A stretch of DNA of 64,000 nucleotides from Candidatus Calescibacterium sp. (GTDB lineage Bacteria; Calescibacteriota; Calescibacteriia; Calescibacteriales; Calescibacteriaceae). The notes beneath the pieces were generated by a model. That model had not been told where the DNA came from. It worked only from the letters and a program-made list of their open reading frames with translations, and made no database searches. Location: the NCBI GenBank assembly GCA_032249135.1, contig JAVVGL010000007.1, forward strand, positions 1-64,000. The letters are read 5' to 3'. Shown here piece after piece: positions 40,211-49,328 of this stretch. Numbering within the stretch: position 1 is the stretch's first letter; each line of letters opens with the position of its first letter. The translations under genes and the position numbers were made by a program.

Positions 40211-41593
40211 ATGAGGGTAGGAAAGGAAGATTTACCCGTAATATTTTCAATAGTACTAGCCGGCATAGTTTCAATTTTAGATTTAGCAAACACCTACAAA
40301 ATTTCAGCAATTATTTTAGTTTTACTTCTCGGCTGGTTCGGGAGAAAAAAGATTAAGGAAAATGAAATGAAAAAAATAAGAGATATTGTGCAGGAGTTAA
40401 AAGAAACTCCCGGATTTGTAGATGTGAAAAAACTAAAAGAAAAAGTTCCGCTGGAAATTTTGCCAATTGTAGATGTCCTATCTGCATTGGTTCAGAAGGT
40501 TCAGGAATACGAGTTAGAAAAGTTAGAGCTTGAAAATATGCTCAAATATGCAAATCCCGATGAATTTCTGAAATTAAAAGAGAAATTGAAAGAAGCGGAG
40601 GAGAAAATAGAGAAGATGCGACAGAAGGTTGGATATCTTGAGCTGATTTATGATGTTATGTCAAAAATAGATTCTTCGTTGGATATGGATGAACTTTTAA
40701 ACTCGTTAGCGAAAATGCTCGGCGGAAAACTAAAAGTAGAAAAATTCGCAATTTTAATAATGGATGAAAATAAGGGAGAACTTGTAGTTAGAGCTACATA
40801 TGGGTTACCAAGCAGTATAAAAGGGCTCACATTCGCACCAACAGAGGGCGTAACTGGACTTGCTTTCTCAACAGGAGAAAAAATATATATACCAGATACA
40901 AGAAGAGATAGAAGATACCTTCATTGGAAAGGTGAGTATCTTGAAGAAGGCTCATTTTTATCTATTCCACTGAAATTCGGGAATGAAATTTTAGGGGTTT
41001 TGAACCTCAACAAATCACAAGTAGCAGGTTTCAGCGATGACGAGATAGAGCTTATGGAAAAAATATCATCTCAGATAGCTATGGCTATTAAGAACTCAAA
41101 GCTGATAAATCAGATAAGATGGATATATTCCAGAGATGTGCTAACGGGACTTTTTAACAGAAATGCGATGATGGACAAAGTTGAGAACGCTATATCAAAG
41201 TCTGAAAATTTTTCATTTATACTTTTGGATATAGATGATTTCAGAAACATAAATTTAGAATACGGCTATAACTTCGGTGATAGGGTTTTAGTTGAAATAT
41301 CAAAGATACTCCTAAGAGAATTTAGAAAAATAGATGTGATTTCAAGGTTTGGAGGAGATGAATTTGCAATAATGATTCTGGGAGCTACGAAGGATCAAGC
41401 TTTAAAAGAAATCCAAAGAGTAATGAATTTGATGGAATACGATGGATTTGATGATGCAAAGATAAAAATCTCCTTCTCCGCTGGTATCTCAGAATTTCCA
41501 CAAGAATGCAGAACATCAAAAGAAGTATTTGAGCTTGCAGATATGAGATTACTTTTGGCAAAGAAAAACGGTAAGGGTCAAATAGTAATATGA
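40211..41593 (+). CDS. Membrane GAF-GGDEF diguanylate cyclase
   Basis: N-terminal TMs, coiled coil, GAF (SFLSIPL..GVLNL), DVLTGLFNR, RKID I-site, RFGGDEF. Confidence 0.93.
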   Translation: MRVGKEDLPVIFSIVLAGIVSILDLANTYKISAIILVLLLGWFGRKKIKENEMKKIRDIVQELKETPGFVDVKKLKEKVPLEILPIVDVLSALVQKVQEYELEKLELENMLKYANPDEFLKLKEKLKEAEEKIEKMRQKVGYLELIYDVMSKIDSSLDMDELLNSLAKMLGGKLKVEKFAILIMDENKGELVVRATYGLPSSIKGLTFAPTEGVTGLAFSTGEKIYIPDTRRDRRYLHWKGEYLEEGSFLSIPLKFGNEILGVLNLNKSQVAGFSDDEIELMEKISSQIAMAIKNSKLINQIRWIYSRDVLTGLFNRNAMMDKVENAISKSENFSFILLDIDDFRNINLEYGYNFGDRVLVEISKILLREFRKIDVISRFGGDEFAIMILGATKDQALKEIQRVMNLMEYDGFDDAKIKISFSAGISEFPQECRTSKEVFELADMRLLLAKKNGKGQIVI

Positions 41594-41658
41594 GAAATAA
41601 AGAGAGAAAAAACAAAAGAGAAAAACAAAAATTATAAAGGAAAGAAAAAATCGTAAAT

Positions 41659-42285
41659 ATGAGCGAAGAGAAAAAAAGGGTGGAACTTGTAGTAATCTCT
41701 GGACCATCGGGAGCTGGAAAGACAACAATAATCAAAAAGCTTTTTGAAGATGAAAGTCTCAAAGATAAATTAATGTTTTCTGTTTCCCATACAACAAGGA
41801 AAAAAAGAGAAGGAGAAGTTGAAGGTCAAGATTACTTTTTCGTATCAGAGGAGGAGTTTATGAGAATGGTGGAAAAAGGCGAGTTTATTGAATGGGCAAA
41901 AGTTCATGGGAACCTATACGGAACTTCCTATGAAAATATCAAATTAGCTCAAAAATCAGGGAAGCTTCTCATTCTTGACATAGATGTTCAAGGAGCTGAA
42001 AAGATAAGAGAAAAAATGGGAGATTCTGCAATTTTCATTTTTATAAAGCCACCGAACTTAGACGAACTCAAAAAACGACTTGAATCAAGAGGTGACACAA
42101 AAGATATAGAAACGAGAATAAATAACGCAAAAAAAGAACTTGAATATGAAAAAAAATTTGATTACTCTATCATAAACGAAAATTTAGAAAAATCAGTTTT
42201 ACAACTCAAAGAAATAATAAAAAAGATATTAAGTGATGAACAATCTCAAAATCAGAAGAAAAATAGAGAAAATTTTCCAAGATGA
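41659..42285 (+). CDS. gmk: Guanylate kinase
   Basis: SGPSGAGKTT, SVSHTTR, YGTS, DIDVQGA. Confidence 0.97.
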   Translation: MSEEKKRVELVVISGPSGAGKTTIIKKLFEDESLKDKLMFSVSHTTRKKREGEVEGQDYFFVSEEEFMRMVEKGEFIEWAKVHGNLYGTSYENIKLAQKSGKLLILDIDVQGAEKIREKMGDSAIFIFIKPPNLDELKKRLESRGDTKDIETRINNAKKELEYEKKFDYSIINENLEKSVLQLKEIIKKILSDEQSQNQKKNRENFPR

Positions 42286-43381
42286 AGACGGCGGAAAAAA
42301 ACTAATAAAACTTACCTGTGAGCTTATAAAAATAAAGAGTGTCTCCGGAGAGGAACAAAAAATAGGTTTGTTCATAGAAAAATATCTCATAAATCTCGGA
42401 TTCAAAACAAAAAGACAATATATACAAGAGAGCAAAAAAGGGGGAAATAGCAATAAAAGATTCAACATATTAGCGGGTGATGGAGAAATTATGTTCTCAA
42501 CACATATTGACACTGTTCCGGATATTGGTATGGAAAAAGCTTTTTCTCCAAAGTTAGTAGGAGATAAAATATTTGGTAGAGGAAGTGCTGACACAAAGGG
42601 AGCAATAGCAAGCTTACTTTTAGCTTTATATCTTTTCAAAAAACTCTCCAAAAAATTACCAAAAGTTTCCTTGTGTTTTACGGTAGATGAAGAGGAGTGG
42701 TCGTCTTTGGGATCAAAGAAAATATCAAAATCTATAAATTCAACGCAGGCTATTGTTATTGAACCAACTTCACTTGAAATTTGTACAAAGCAAGAAGGTT
42801 CTTTTGAATTTGAAATTTTAGTTCAAACAGAATCAGCTCATGGCTCGGTATTTGAACTTTATGAGAATCCATCAAAAATACTATTTGAAATTATCCAAAA
42901 AATTGAGAACAAGCTAAACAAAAAAGTAAGCATTTTAGAAATATGCGGAGGATGGAGATACTATGCTGTTCCAAAAAACTCAAAGGCTCTGCTTGAAGTG
43001 AAAATAAAAGAAGGAGAAAAGCTCAAAGAAATAGAAAAAAATATAAAAGCGATAGTAGAAGAAGTAAAAAAGCTAAAAGAAAAATCAAAAACAAAAATTC
43101 AATTTAAAGTTTTAGACTCGGAAGATTTCATAGAATTCAAAAAGGGGAATCTTTCGGAAAAAATAAAGGAGTGTATGGAGGAAATAGGAATTCAGCCAAA
43201 GTTTTCAGTTATGCCGTCATGGACCGATGCAGCGGAGTTCCACAAAAAAAATATTGAATGCGTAGTTTTTGGTCCGGGAGACATTCAAATTTGTCATACA
43301 GAAAAAGAACATATCAGAATATCAGAGCTTGAAAAATTCACAAAGATACTCCTTGCATTTTTTCTAAAATACACTTTTTAG
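42236..43381 (+). CDS. M20 family metallopeptidase/deacylase (ArgE/DapE-like)
   Basis: HIDTV, GRGSADTKG, DEE, EPT, WTDA, FGPG..CH..KE. Confidence 0.9.
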   Translation: MNNLKIRRKIEKIFQDEDGGKKLIKLTCELIKIKSVSGEEQKIGLFIEKYLINLGFKTKRQYIQESKKGGNSNKRFNILAGDGEIMFSTHIDTVPDIGMEKAFSPKLVGDKIFGRGSADTKGAIASLLLALYLFKKLSKKLPKVSLCFTVDEEEWSSLGSKKISKSINSTQAIVIEPTSLEICTKQEGSFEFEILVQTESAHGSVFELYENPSKILFEIIQKIENKLNKKVSILEICGGWRYYAVPKNSKALLEVKIKEGEKLKEIEKNIKAIVEEVKKLKEKSKTKIQFKVLDSEDFIEFKKGNLSEKIKECMEEIGIQPKFSVMPSWTDAAEFHKKNIECVVFGPGDIQICHTEKEHIRISELEKFTKILLAFFLKYTF

Positions 43382-43410
43382 ATTCAGAAAATTTGGAAGA
43401 AAATTTGGAT

Positions 43411-44916
43411 CTAAAAGTTAGGTTCAAGAGTAAGGTCTGCTATAAGAATTGTTGAAAGATATTTTCCTTCGTTCTCCCCTCCTTGATAAAGCGTTTTTTG
43501 AAGCTCACGAGATTTGTTCTGTTGTTCTTCCGGTGTAAGAGAAGATAGATCAAAGCTCCACGGACCAAGCAGTATGAAACCTCCATCTTCAAACATAATT
43601 TTTCCTTCAAATGTCAGGTCTTGAAGTTTTGGGAGTCCAATATAATTTATATCTCTTTTTGCTCTTTTATCTCTCCCAGTTATCGCAGTCTGTCCATCAA
43701 AGGATACCTCAAATAAATTTCCTGTCATCATGGGATTGACATTATATTTTATACTTTTTGAATTTATGGCGATTTCTTGGAAATTACATTTTACACCTCC
43801 CGTTTTCAAAAATAGAGCTTCATCTGGATTTGGACATCCTATATATTTTTTGGTCTGAATTGATCCCATAGTTGAGCCAAGCCATTCAAGAGGTTGCCAA
43901 TAACCTAATCCCCCATCGGTAGCCCATGCACCAGAATTAGCATCAGGTTGCAATAGGACATCACATCCCTTTGAATCAAGTTCTTGAATATAACGAGGAA
44001 CGAACGCGTCAAGACTTATAGCAACGCAAATATCTACCTCTGTTCCCGGAATTCTGAATACCGAAAGTTCTTCGTATGTTCCAGATGAAAATTGAAGTTC
44101 TATTTTTTCGGTTGGCACAAGATTTACTTTTCTTGTATAGTGTTTTATTTCTCCTTGTGGAGAGAAAACAAAGCAAGTATTCCAGACATCTGATGTTGTT
44201 GCAACATAAAAATATGATTTATCTTTTACTACTTCATCTACAAAAGCAGAAATTGGGAATCCATCCTTTGAATTCTCTTGAACTTTTTCCAAATAAGGGT
44301 ATGGAGAGTTTTGGCAAGATACCACCCAAACTCCGTAATCTTTTGCTATTTTTGAGAATGTATCAAAGAAAACTCGCCACAAAGTATCGGTTGCTGAAAG
44401 AAATAATTGACGAGCTAAAAAAGTAGAGATTTCTGGGAATTTGCTAACATAATAAGATGCGGCATTTTGAAACTCTGATGACAAAAATATAGCAGCCTGA
44501 GTTGAATTCAGAGCATTTTCTCTTGCATTTTTTCCTCTTTTACCAAAGAAAAGAAGAGGGAGCCCGGCATGTTCTTCAAAAACAAAAACATTTTCATATT
44601 TTTTTGATATATACGGTTTTGCAAGTTCAGCAAATTTCGCATAAGATTGAAAATATGATTCTTCTGTTTCAACATCTTTTAGGGTAAATTTGTGTCCGAA
44701 GGCAAAGAATCTTACTGTTTTTTGTGGATTTAAATTTTCCTCAAAGCTTCTCATTATAACATATTTGTCACCACTTTCAAAGGTTCCTTCTACCTTTGTA
44801 GTACCTTCTCCCTTAATACTTTCTTCCTTTTTGCAGTAATCCAAAATAAACATAAAAGAAAATGACAGAACAGAAACCAAAAATCTCCACAAAACAGAAA
44901 AATCTCTCATTTTCAT
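43411..44916 (-). CDS. Exported nitrilase-superfamily (carbon-nitrogen hydrolase) protein
   Basis: VFEE, WNTCFVFSPQG, RKVNLVPTE, AISLDAF, DVLLQPDAN; signal/lipoprotein-like N-terminus. Confidence 0.75.
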   Translation of the reverse strand: MKMRDFSVLWRFLVSVLSFSFMFILDYCKKEESIKGEGTTKVEGTFESGDKYVIMRSFEENLNPQKTVRFFAFGHKFTLKDVETEESYFQSYAKFAELAKPYISKKYENVFVFEEHAGLPLLFFGKRGKNARENALNSTQAAIFLSSEFQNAASYYVSKFPEISTFLARQLFLSATDTLWRVFFDTFSKIAKDYGVWVVSCQNSPYPYLEKVQENSKDGFPISAFVDEVVKDKSYFYVATTSDVWNTCFVFSPQGEIKHYTRKVNLVPTEKIELQFSSGTYEELSVFRIPGTEVDICVAISLDAFVPRYIQELDSKGCDVLLQPDANSGAWATDGGLGYWQPLEWLGSTMGSIQTKKYIGCPNPDEALFLKTGGVKCNFQEIAINSKSIKYNVNPMMTGNLFEVSFDGQTAITGRDKRAKRDINYIGLPKLQDLTFEGKIMFEDGGFILLGPWSFDLSSLTPEEQQNKSRELQKTLYQGGENEGKYLSTILIADLTLEPNF

Positions 44917-44981
44917 AAGAAAAGGGTTAAGGATTTTGAATTTGAGGAATTCATAATTAAGAATTTTTATTTATATATTTG

Positions 44982-44990
44982 TGTTATACT
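44982..44990 (+). promoter_or_regulatory. Extended -10 promoter for the tRNA-Arg/rtcB unit
   Basis: TGTTATACT about 26 nt upstream of the tRNA. Confidence 0.55.
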
Positions 44991-45016
44991 TATTTTTTCT
45001 TTGCTCTTCGCAATAA

Positions 45017-45092
45017 GCCCCCGTAGCTCAATAGGAAGAGCAGGGGACTTCTAATCCCCAGGTTGCGGGTTCGAGTCCCGCCGGGGGTACCA
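45017..45092 (+). tRNA. tRNA-Arg(UCU)
   Basis: GCCCCCG/CGGGGGT acceptor, anticodon arm GGGGA-CTTCTAA-TCCCC, GTTCGAG, encoded CCA. Confidence 0.97.
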
Positions 45093-45098
45093 TCTAAA

Positions 45099-46535
45099 AT
45101 GAACCTCAAAAAAGTAAGTGAAGTAAAATACATAATAGAAAAAGAAGGAAAGATGAGAACAGATGCTGTGGTGTTCGCAAATGAGAATATACTTCCAAAA
45201 ATAGTAGAAGATAAATCTTTGGAGCAACTCAAAAATGTTGCTTCTTTGCCTGGAATCTTAGGAAACGCAATAGGTATGCCAGATATACATTGGGGCTACG
45301 GAATGCCAGTCGGAGGAGTTGCTGCATTTGATGCAGAAGACGGAATAATTGGTCCCGGAATGATTGGCTTTGATATAAACTGCGGTGTAAGACTCCACAC
45401 TCTCCAACTTGAAATAAAAGATATAAAAGACAAGATAGAGAAAATTGTAGATTCTTTGTTTGAAATGATACCGGCAGGAGTGGGATTATCGGGGCATGTT
45501 GAGCTTGGTAAAAAAGAGATGAAAAGAGTTTGCGAAGAAGGTGTCAAATTCGTAATTGAAAATTTAGGATATGGATCACCAGATGAATTAGAAAACATAG
45601 AATCGTATGGCTGCATCCCGGGAGCAGACTTTTCATGCGTGTCGGAAAAAGCGTATGAAAGGGGAAGAGATCAACTTGGGACCGTTGGTTCCGGAAACCA
45701 CTTTGTTGAACTCGGATATGTTGAAAAAATTTTCAGAAAAGATATAGCTGAAAAGTGGGGAATTCACGAGGGGCAAGTCACTTTGCTTGTGCATTCTGGA
45801 TCACGGGGGTTTGGTCATCAGATATGTGAAGATTACCTGAAAGTTGCTTTGAGGTGGTGTGAAAAAAATAAAGCTCCCTTGCCAGACAGACAACTTGCTT
45901 ACATAGGAATAAACTCTCCCGAAGCAAAAAACTATATAGGAGCGATGAATTCAGCAATAAATTATGCTTTCTCAAACAGGCTTATAATCTCCCACTATGC
46001 GAAAAAAGCAATAGCAAAAGCTCTGGGGACAACGGAACAAAGTCTTGGGATGAAACTGCTTTATGATGTTGCACACAATACGGCAAAATTTGAAATACAC
46101 AAAATAAACGGCAAAGAAAGAAAAGTCATAGTTCACAGAAAGGGGGCTACACGAGCATTTCCAAAAGGTCATCCGGAGCTTCCCGGAAAGCACAGAGAAA
46201 TTGGACAACCGGTAATAATCCCGGGTGATATGGGAAGATATTCATATTTGCTTGTTGGGAACGAAAAATCTATGGAAGAAAGTTTTGGTTCAACATGTCA
46301 TGGTTCGGGTAGAATGATGTCAAGAAAACAAGCAATAAAGACAGCCAGAGGCAGAGATATAAGGAAAGAACTTTTAGAAAAAGGAATAGTTGTAAAGGCA
46401 AGAGAAGTAGAATTATTAGCAGAGGAGATGTCAGAAGCTTACAAAGATGTATCAGATGTGGTAGAAGTCTGCGAAAAAGCAGGGCTTTCATTGATAGTTG
46501 CAAAACTCAGACCAGTAGGAGTTATAAAGGGATGA
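45099..46535 (+). CDS. rtcB: RNA-splicing/repair ligase RtcB (long, archaeal-like type)
   Basis: MPDIHWGYG, FDINCGV, GSGNHF, HSGSRG, DVAHN, HRKGATR, CHGSGR; ATG 45099 (the ORF-track start lies inside the tRNA). Confidence 0.96.
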   Translation: MNLKKVSEVKYIIEKEGKMRTDAVVFANENILPKIVEDKSLEQLKNVASLPGILGNAIGMPDIHWGYGMPVGGVAAFDAEDGIIGPGMIGFDINCGVRLHTLQLEIKDIKDKIEKIVDSLFEMIPAGVGLSGHVELGKKEMKRVCEEGVKFVIENLGYGSPDELENIESYGCIPGADFSCVSEKAYERGRDQLGTVGSGNHFVELGYVEKIFRKDIAEKWGIHEGQVTLLVHSGSRGFGHQICEDYLKVALRWCEKNKAPLPDRQLAYIGINSPEAKNYIGAMNSAINYAFSNRLIISHYAKKAIAKALGTTEQSLGMKLLYDVAHNTAKFEIHKINGKERKVIVHRKGATRAFPKGHPELPGKHREIGQPVIIPGDMGRYSYLLVGNEKSMEESFGSTCHGSGRMMSRKQAIKTARGRDIRKELLEKGIVVKAREVELLAEEMSEAYKDVSDVVEVCEKAGLSLIVAKLRPVGVIKG

Positions 46536-46567
46536 ATTTATTTTTTCTTGCTCTTTCTTTTCTTATT

Positions 46568-48112
46568 TTATCCCACTCTTATTGCAACGAATATCGTTCT
46601 ACCTTCTCTATTTATCAAGAATAAAGCTGATTTTTGGTCTTTGAGAATATTAGCTATTTCTGATGAGTTTTTAACTTGCTTTCTGTTGACTTCAACGATT
46701 ATGTCTCCCGGCATTATTCCTGCCATTTGAGCTGGCGAACCCGGCTCAACTGAAACGACTTTCGGACCATCAGGAGAATCTTGGATTGTAAGTCCAAATT
46801 GCTTCAATTCTACTCCCTGTTCTGGAGTCCGCCGTTGTTCAGGGGGCTGCTGCCGAGCGACCTCTTGTTCTTCTGGCATCTTTGCAAGAACAACCTCAAC
46901 TTCAAGCTCCTTCCCATCTCTTATAATCTTCAATTTTGCCTTCTTGTTCACCGGACTTAAAGAAACCATAATTGGTAATTGCCTCCAACTTTCAACTTTT
47001 TTCCCGTCAAACTCAATAATTACATCTCCTCTTTTTATCCCGGCCTTATCTGCGGGGGAACCCGGAACAACATCTGAAACCAGAGCACCTTTTGCTTCTT
47101 TGAGACCAAGCTGTTTTGCTATTTCAGGGGTCACCTCTTGAATATATACTCCAATCCAAGCTCTTTCAACTTTACCTTTTGCAATAAGTGTTGGAACAAT
47201 ATCTTTTGCAAGTGAGGAAGGAATCGCAAAACCTATTCCGGCATTTACAGACATACCAGATGGGTTAAGTATAGCGGTGTTTATTCCGACAACCTCTCCC
47301 TTTATATTTATAAGAGGTCCCCCGGAATTTCCCGGGTTTATAGCTGCATCTGTTTGGATGAAGTCTTCATATCTTGTTATCCCCAAGCTTCTGCCTTTTG
47401 CAGAGACAACTCCAACAGTTACGGTGTGCCCAAGTCCAAACGGATTTCCGATAGCTATAACCCAATCTCCTACCCTGAGTTCGTTTGAATCACCAAATTT
47501 CAGGTATGGCAGGTCGGTAGCATCTATTTTTAAAACTGCTATATCTGTTGCATCATCTATGCCAACTATTTTTGCTTTGAAGGTTCTACCATCCCACAAT
47601 GTGACATTTATATCAGTAGCACCACGCACAACATGAGAGTTTGTGACTATGTATCCATCGGGAGATATCAGAAAACCTGATCCGAGACTTCTGGTTGGAA
47701 TACGCCTTTGCGGTTCACCAAAAAACCTCCTGAAAAACTCTTCCCCGGGTCCTCCGGGACCTGGTCCAAAAAACCACCAGAAAGGATTTGGTTGTTCTTC
47801 AACCCTTGTAGTACTTATATTTACAACTCCCTTGCTTACTTTTTCAACTATTTCAGCAAATGAAGGTAAAGCTCCAAATTTTGAAGGTATAACTTCTTCT
47901 TTCCCCTTTCCTTGTTCACCCTGTTCTGTTTTCTGCTCAACATCTTCTTTCTTCTCCTCTTTCTTTGCTTTTTCTCCTGAAATTTTTTCTTTGACCTCTT
48001 CAATTGGATTACCTATTTCAATTTTCCCTATGGTTCCTGATTCTATCCCTTTTGCCAAAAGATATACGAAACCACCGACTAAAATTATTCCTAAAATACT
48101 ACGCCAATTCAT
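46568..48112 (-). CDS. degP: DegP/HtrA serine protease with two PDZ domains
   Basis: GSGFLIS, TNSHVV, DIAVLK, QTDAAINPGNSGGPL, two PGSPA PDZ motifs. Confidence 0.95.
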   Translation of the reverse strand: MNWRSILGIILVGGFVYLLAKGIESGTIGKIEIGNPIEEVKEKISGEKAKKEEKKEDVEQKTEQGEQGKGKEEVIPSKFGALPSFAEIVEKVSKGVVNISTTRVEEQPNPFWWFFGPGPGGPGEEFFRRFFGEPQRRIPTRSLGSGFLISPDGYIVTNSHVVRGATDINVTLWDGRTFKAKIVGIDDATDIAVLKIDATDLPYLKFGDSNELRVGDWVIAIGNPFGLGHTVTVGVVSAKGRSLGITRYEDFIQTDAAINPGNSGGPLINIKGEVVGINTAILNPSGMSVNAGIGFAIPSSLAKDIVPTLIAKGKVERAWIGVYIQEVTPEIAKQLGLKEAKGALVSDVVPGSPADKAGIKRGDVIIEFDGKKVESWRQLPIMVSLSPVNKKAKLKIIRDGKELEVEVVLAKMPEEQEVARQQPPEQRRTPEQGVELKQFGLTIQDSPDGPKVVSVEPGSPAQMAGIMPGDIIVEVNRKQVKNSSEIANILKDQKSALFLINREGRTIFVAIRVG

Positions 48113-48213
48113 AAATCAAAATACCTCCTTTAAAAAATAAAGATAATCACTTTTCCCGACAATTTTATATTTTCTGGAAATCAAAAATTCACCCCTTTAT
48201 TTTTCCTTTTTTT

Positions 48214-49236
48214 CTATTTCTTTATTATTTTTCTTTTTTCTATTTCTTTCTGTATTCCTGATTTGAGCTTTCCCTGGATTACAAGCTTTATAAGATGACG
48301 CCAACCAAAAATGAGAGGAAGTTTTCTATCCAAATCTGATACCTGAATATCTTCGCCTGATTTCTTAGCTTTTCTTTCAAGATACTCCCTGTACCCTTTG
48401 AAAGTTATTAGTCCCTTTGGCCATCTCATAACTCCTCTTCTTGCGGAGGTTTTCAAAAATTTCACAACTTCCTGGAATGAAGGAATTGGATCGCCAATTA
48501 CAACCCATTCTTTTTGCATAAAGTCTTCTGAAAAGTTCAGTTCAGTAATTACTCCTTCATTTTCCGCAAGATAATAGGAGAAAAGTAGTTTATATATTGT
48601 AAGATAAAAATCTTGAAAAGGTGCGTAGAGTTTATCTAATTTTTGAGGGTCTTCAATTCTGACTTCACCTTTGTAGCTCAAAGATAAAATTTCTTTCACA
48701 AGCTCCTCAAATGAAAATTTTTCCCTATCAATCAAAAGGGGTATAGTGTAGCACAAGCAAAAGTAGAATGATTCAACAAAAAGGTCAAGCAGTATATTTT
48801 TTACAAAATTATTTTTGTAATACATAAGGTATAAGCGCTTTGAAAATCTACCAACAACATAAATTTCAGGAGGATTAAGGATGTAATTTTTCAGATCCTG
48901 CAAAGATATTATATTGTATTTTGCTCCTCTTCTTTCCCCATCTACCTCAACATCTGCAAGATATACGGAAGGGGGCAAGATTCTATTGAGCACAACATGA
49001 ATAAAAGATGAATGAACTTTCTCATAAGCATCAACGACAATATAAAAATCATAAAGAGAATCGGGGTTGCCGGGCTCAAACAGTTTTGATCCATACAGTA
49101 TAATTGCGAGTAAAGAGTCTGAAAATCTGTTTTTAAAAAAATCAAAGAATGCAGGCAAAAACTTATCTTCGTATGGAAAAAAAGAAAACTCTTTCTCTAT
49201 AATCTCTCTTGCTTGCTCCTTTACGCTAATATCCAT
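48214..49236 (-). CDS. Tam41/Mmp37-like phosphatidate cytidylyltransferase (nucleotidyltransferase fold)
   Basis: ILYGS, DSLYDFYIVVD, AKYNIISLQDL, YVVGRFSK, LSLSYKGEVRIEDPQK. Confidence 0.7.
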   Translation of the reverse strand: MDISVKEQAREIIEKEFSFFPYEDKFLPAFFDFFKNRFSDSLLAIILYGSKLFEPGNPDSLYDFYIVVDAYEKVHSSFIHVVLNRILPPSVYLADVEVDGERRGAKYNIISLQDLKNYILNPPEIYVVGRFSKRLYLMYYKNNFVKNILLDLFVESFYFCLCYTIPLLIDREKFSFEELVKEILSLSYKGEVRIEDPQKLDKLYAPFQDFYLTIYKLLFSYYLAENEGVITELNFSEDFMQKEWVVIGDPIPSFQEVVKFLKTSARRGVMRWPKGLITFKGYREYLERKAKKSGEDIQVSDLDRKLPLIFGWRHLIKLVIQGKLKSGIQKEIEKRKIIKK

Positions 49237-49328
49237 AGCTTTTTATTTTATCTTTATTCTTTTTTTCCCTGAAAATGAAAAATCAAATTGAAAAATGATT
49301 AACATATTAAGATTTGGAGGTGGATAAG

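Noticed and set aside
42233..42285. About 50-nt overlap between gmk and the M20 gene
   Set aside because: Both overlapping ends look like non-conserved extensions; most likely stop or start drift.
44990..45232. Antisense ORFs over tRNA genes (also 24633..24875) and the 45063 start for rtcB
   Set aside because: They overlap clear tRNA cloverleafs; peptides like GTRTRNL and GSNPQP are typical tRNA antisense artefacts.
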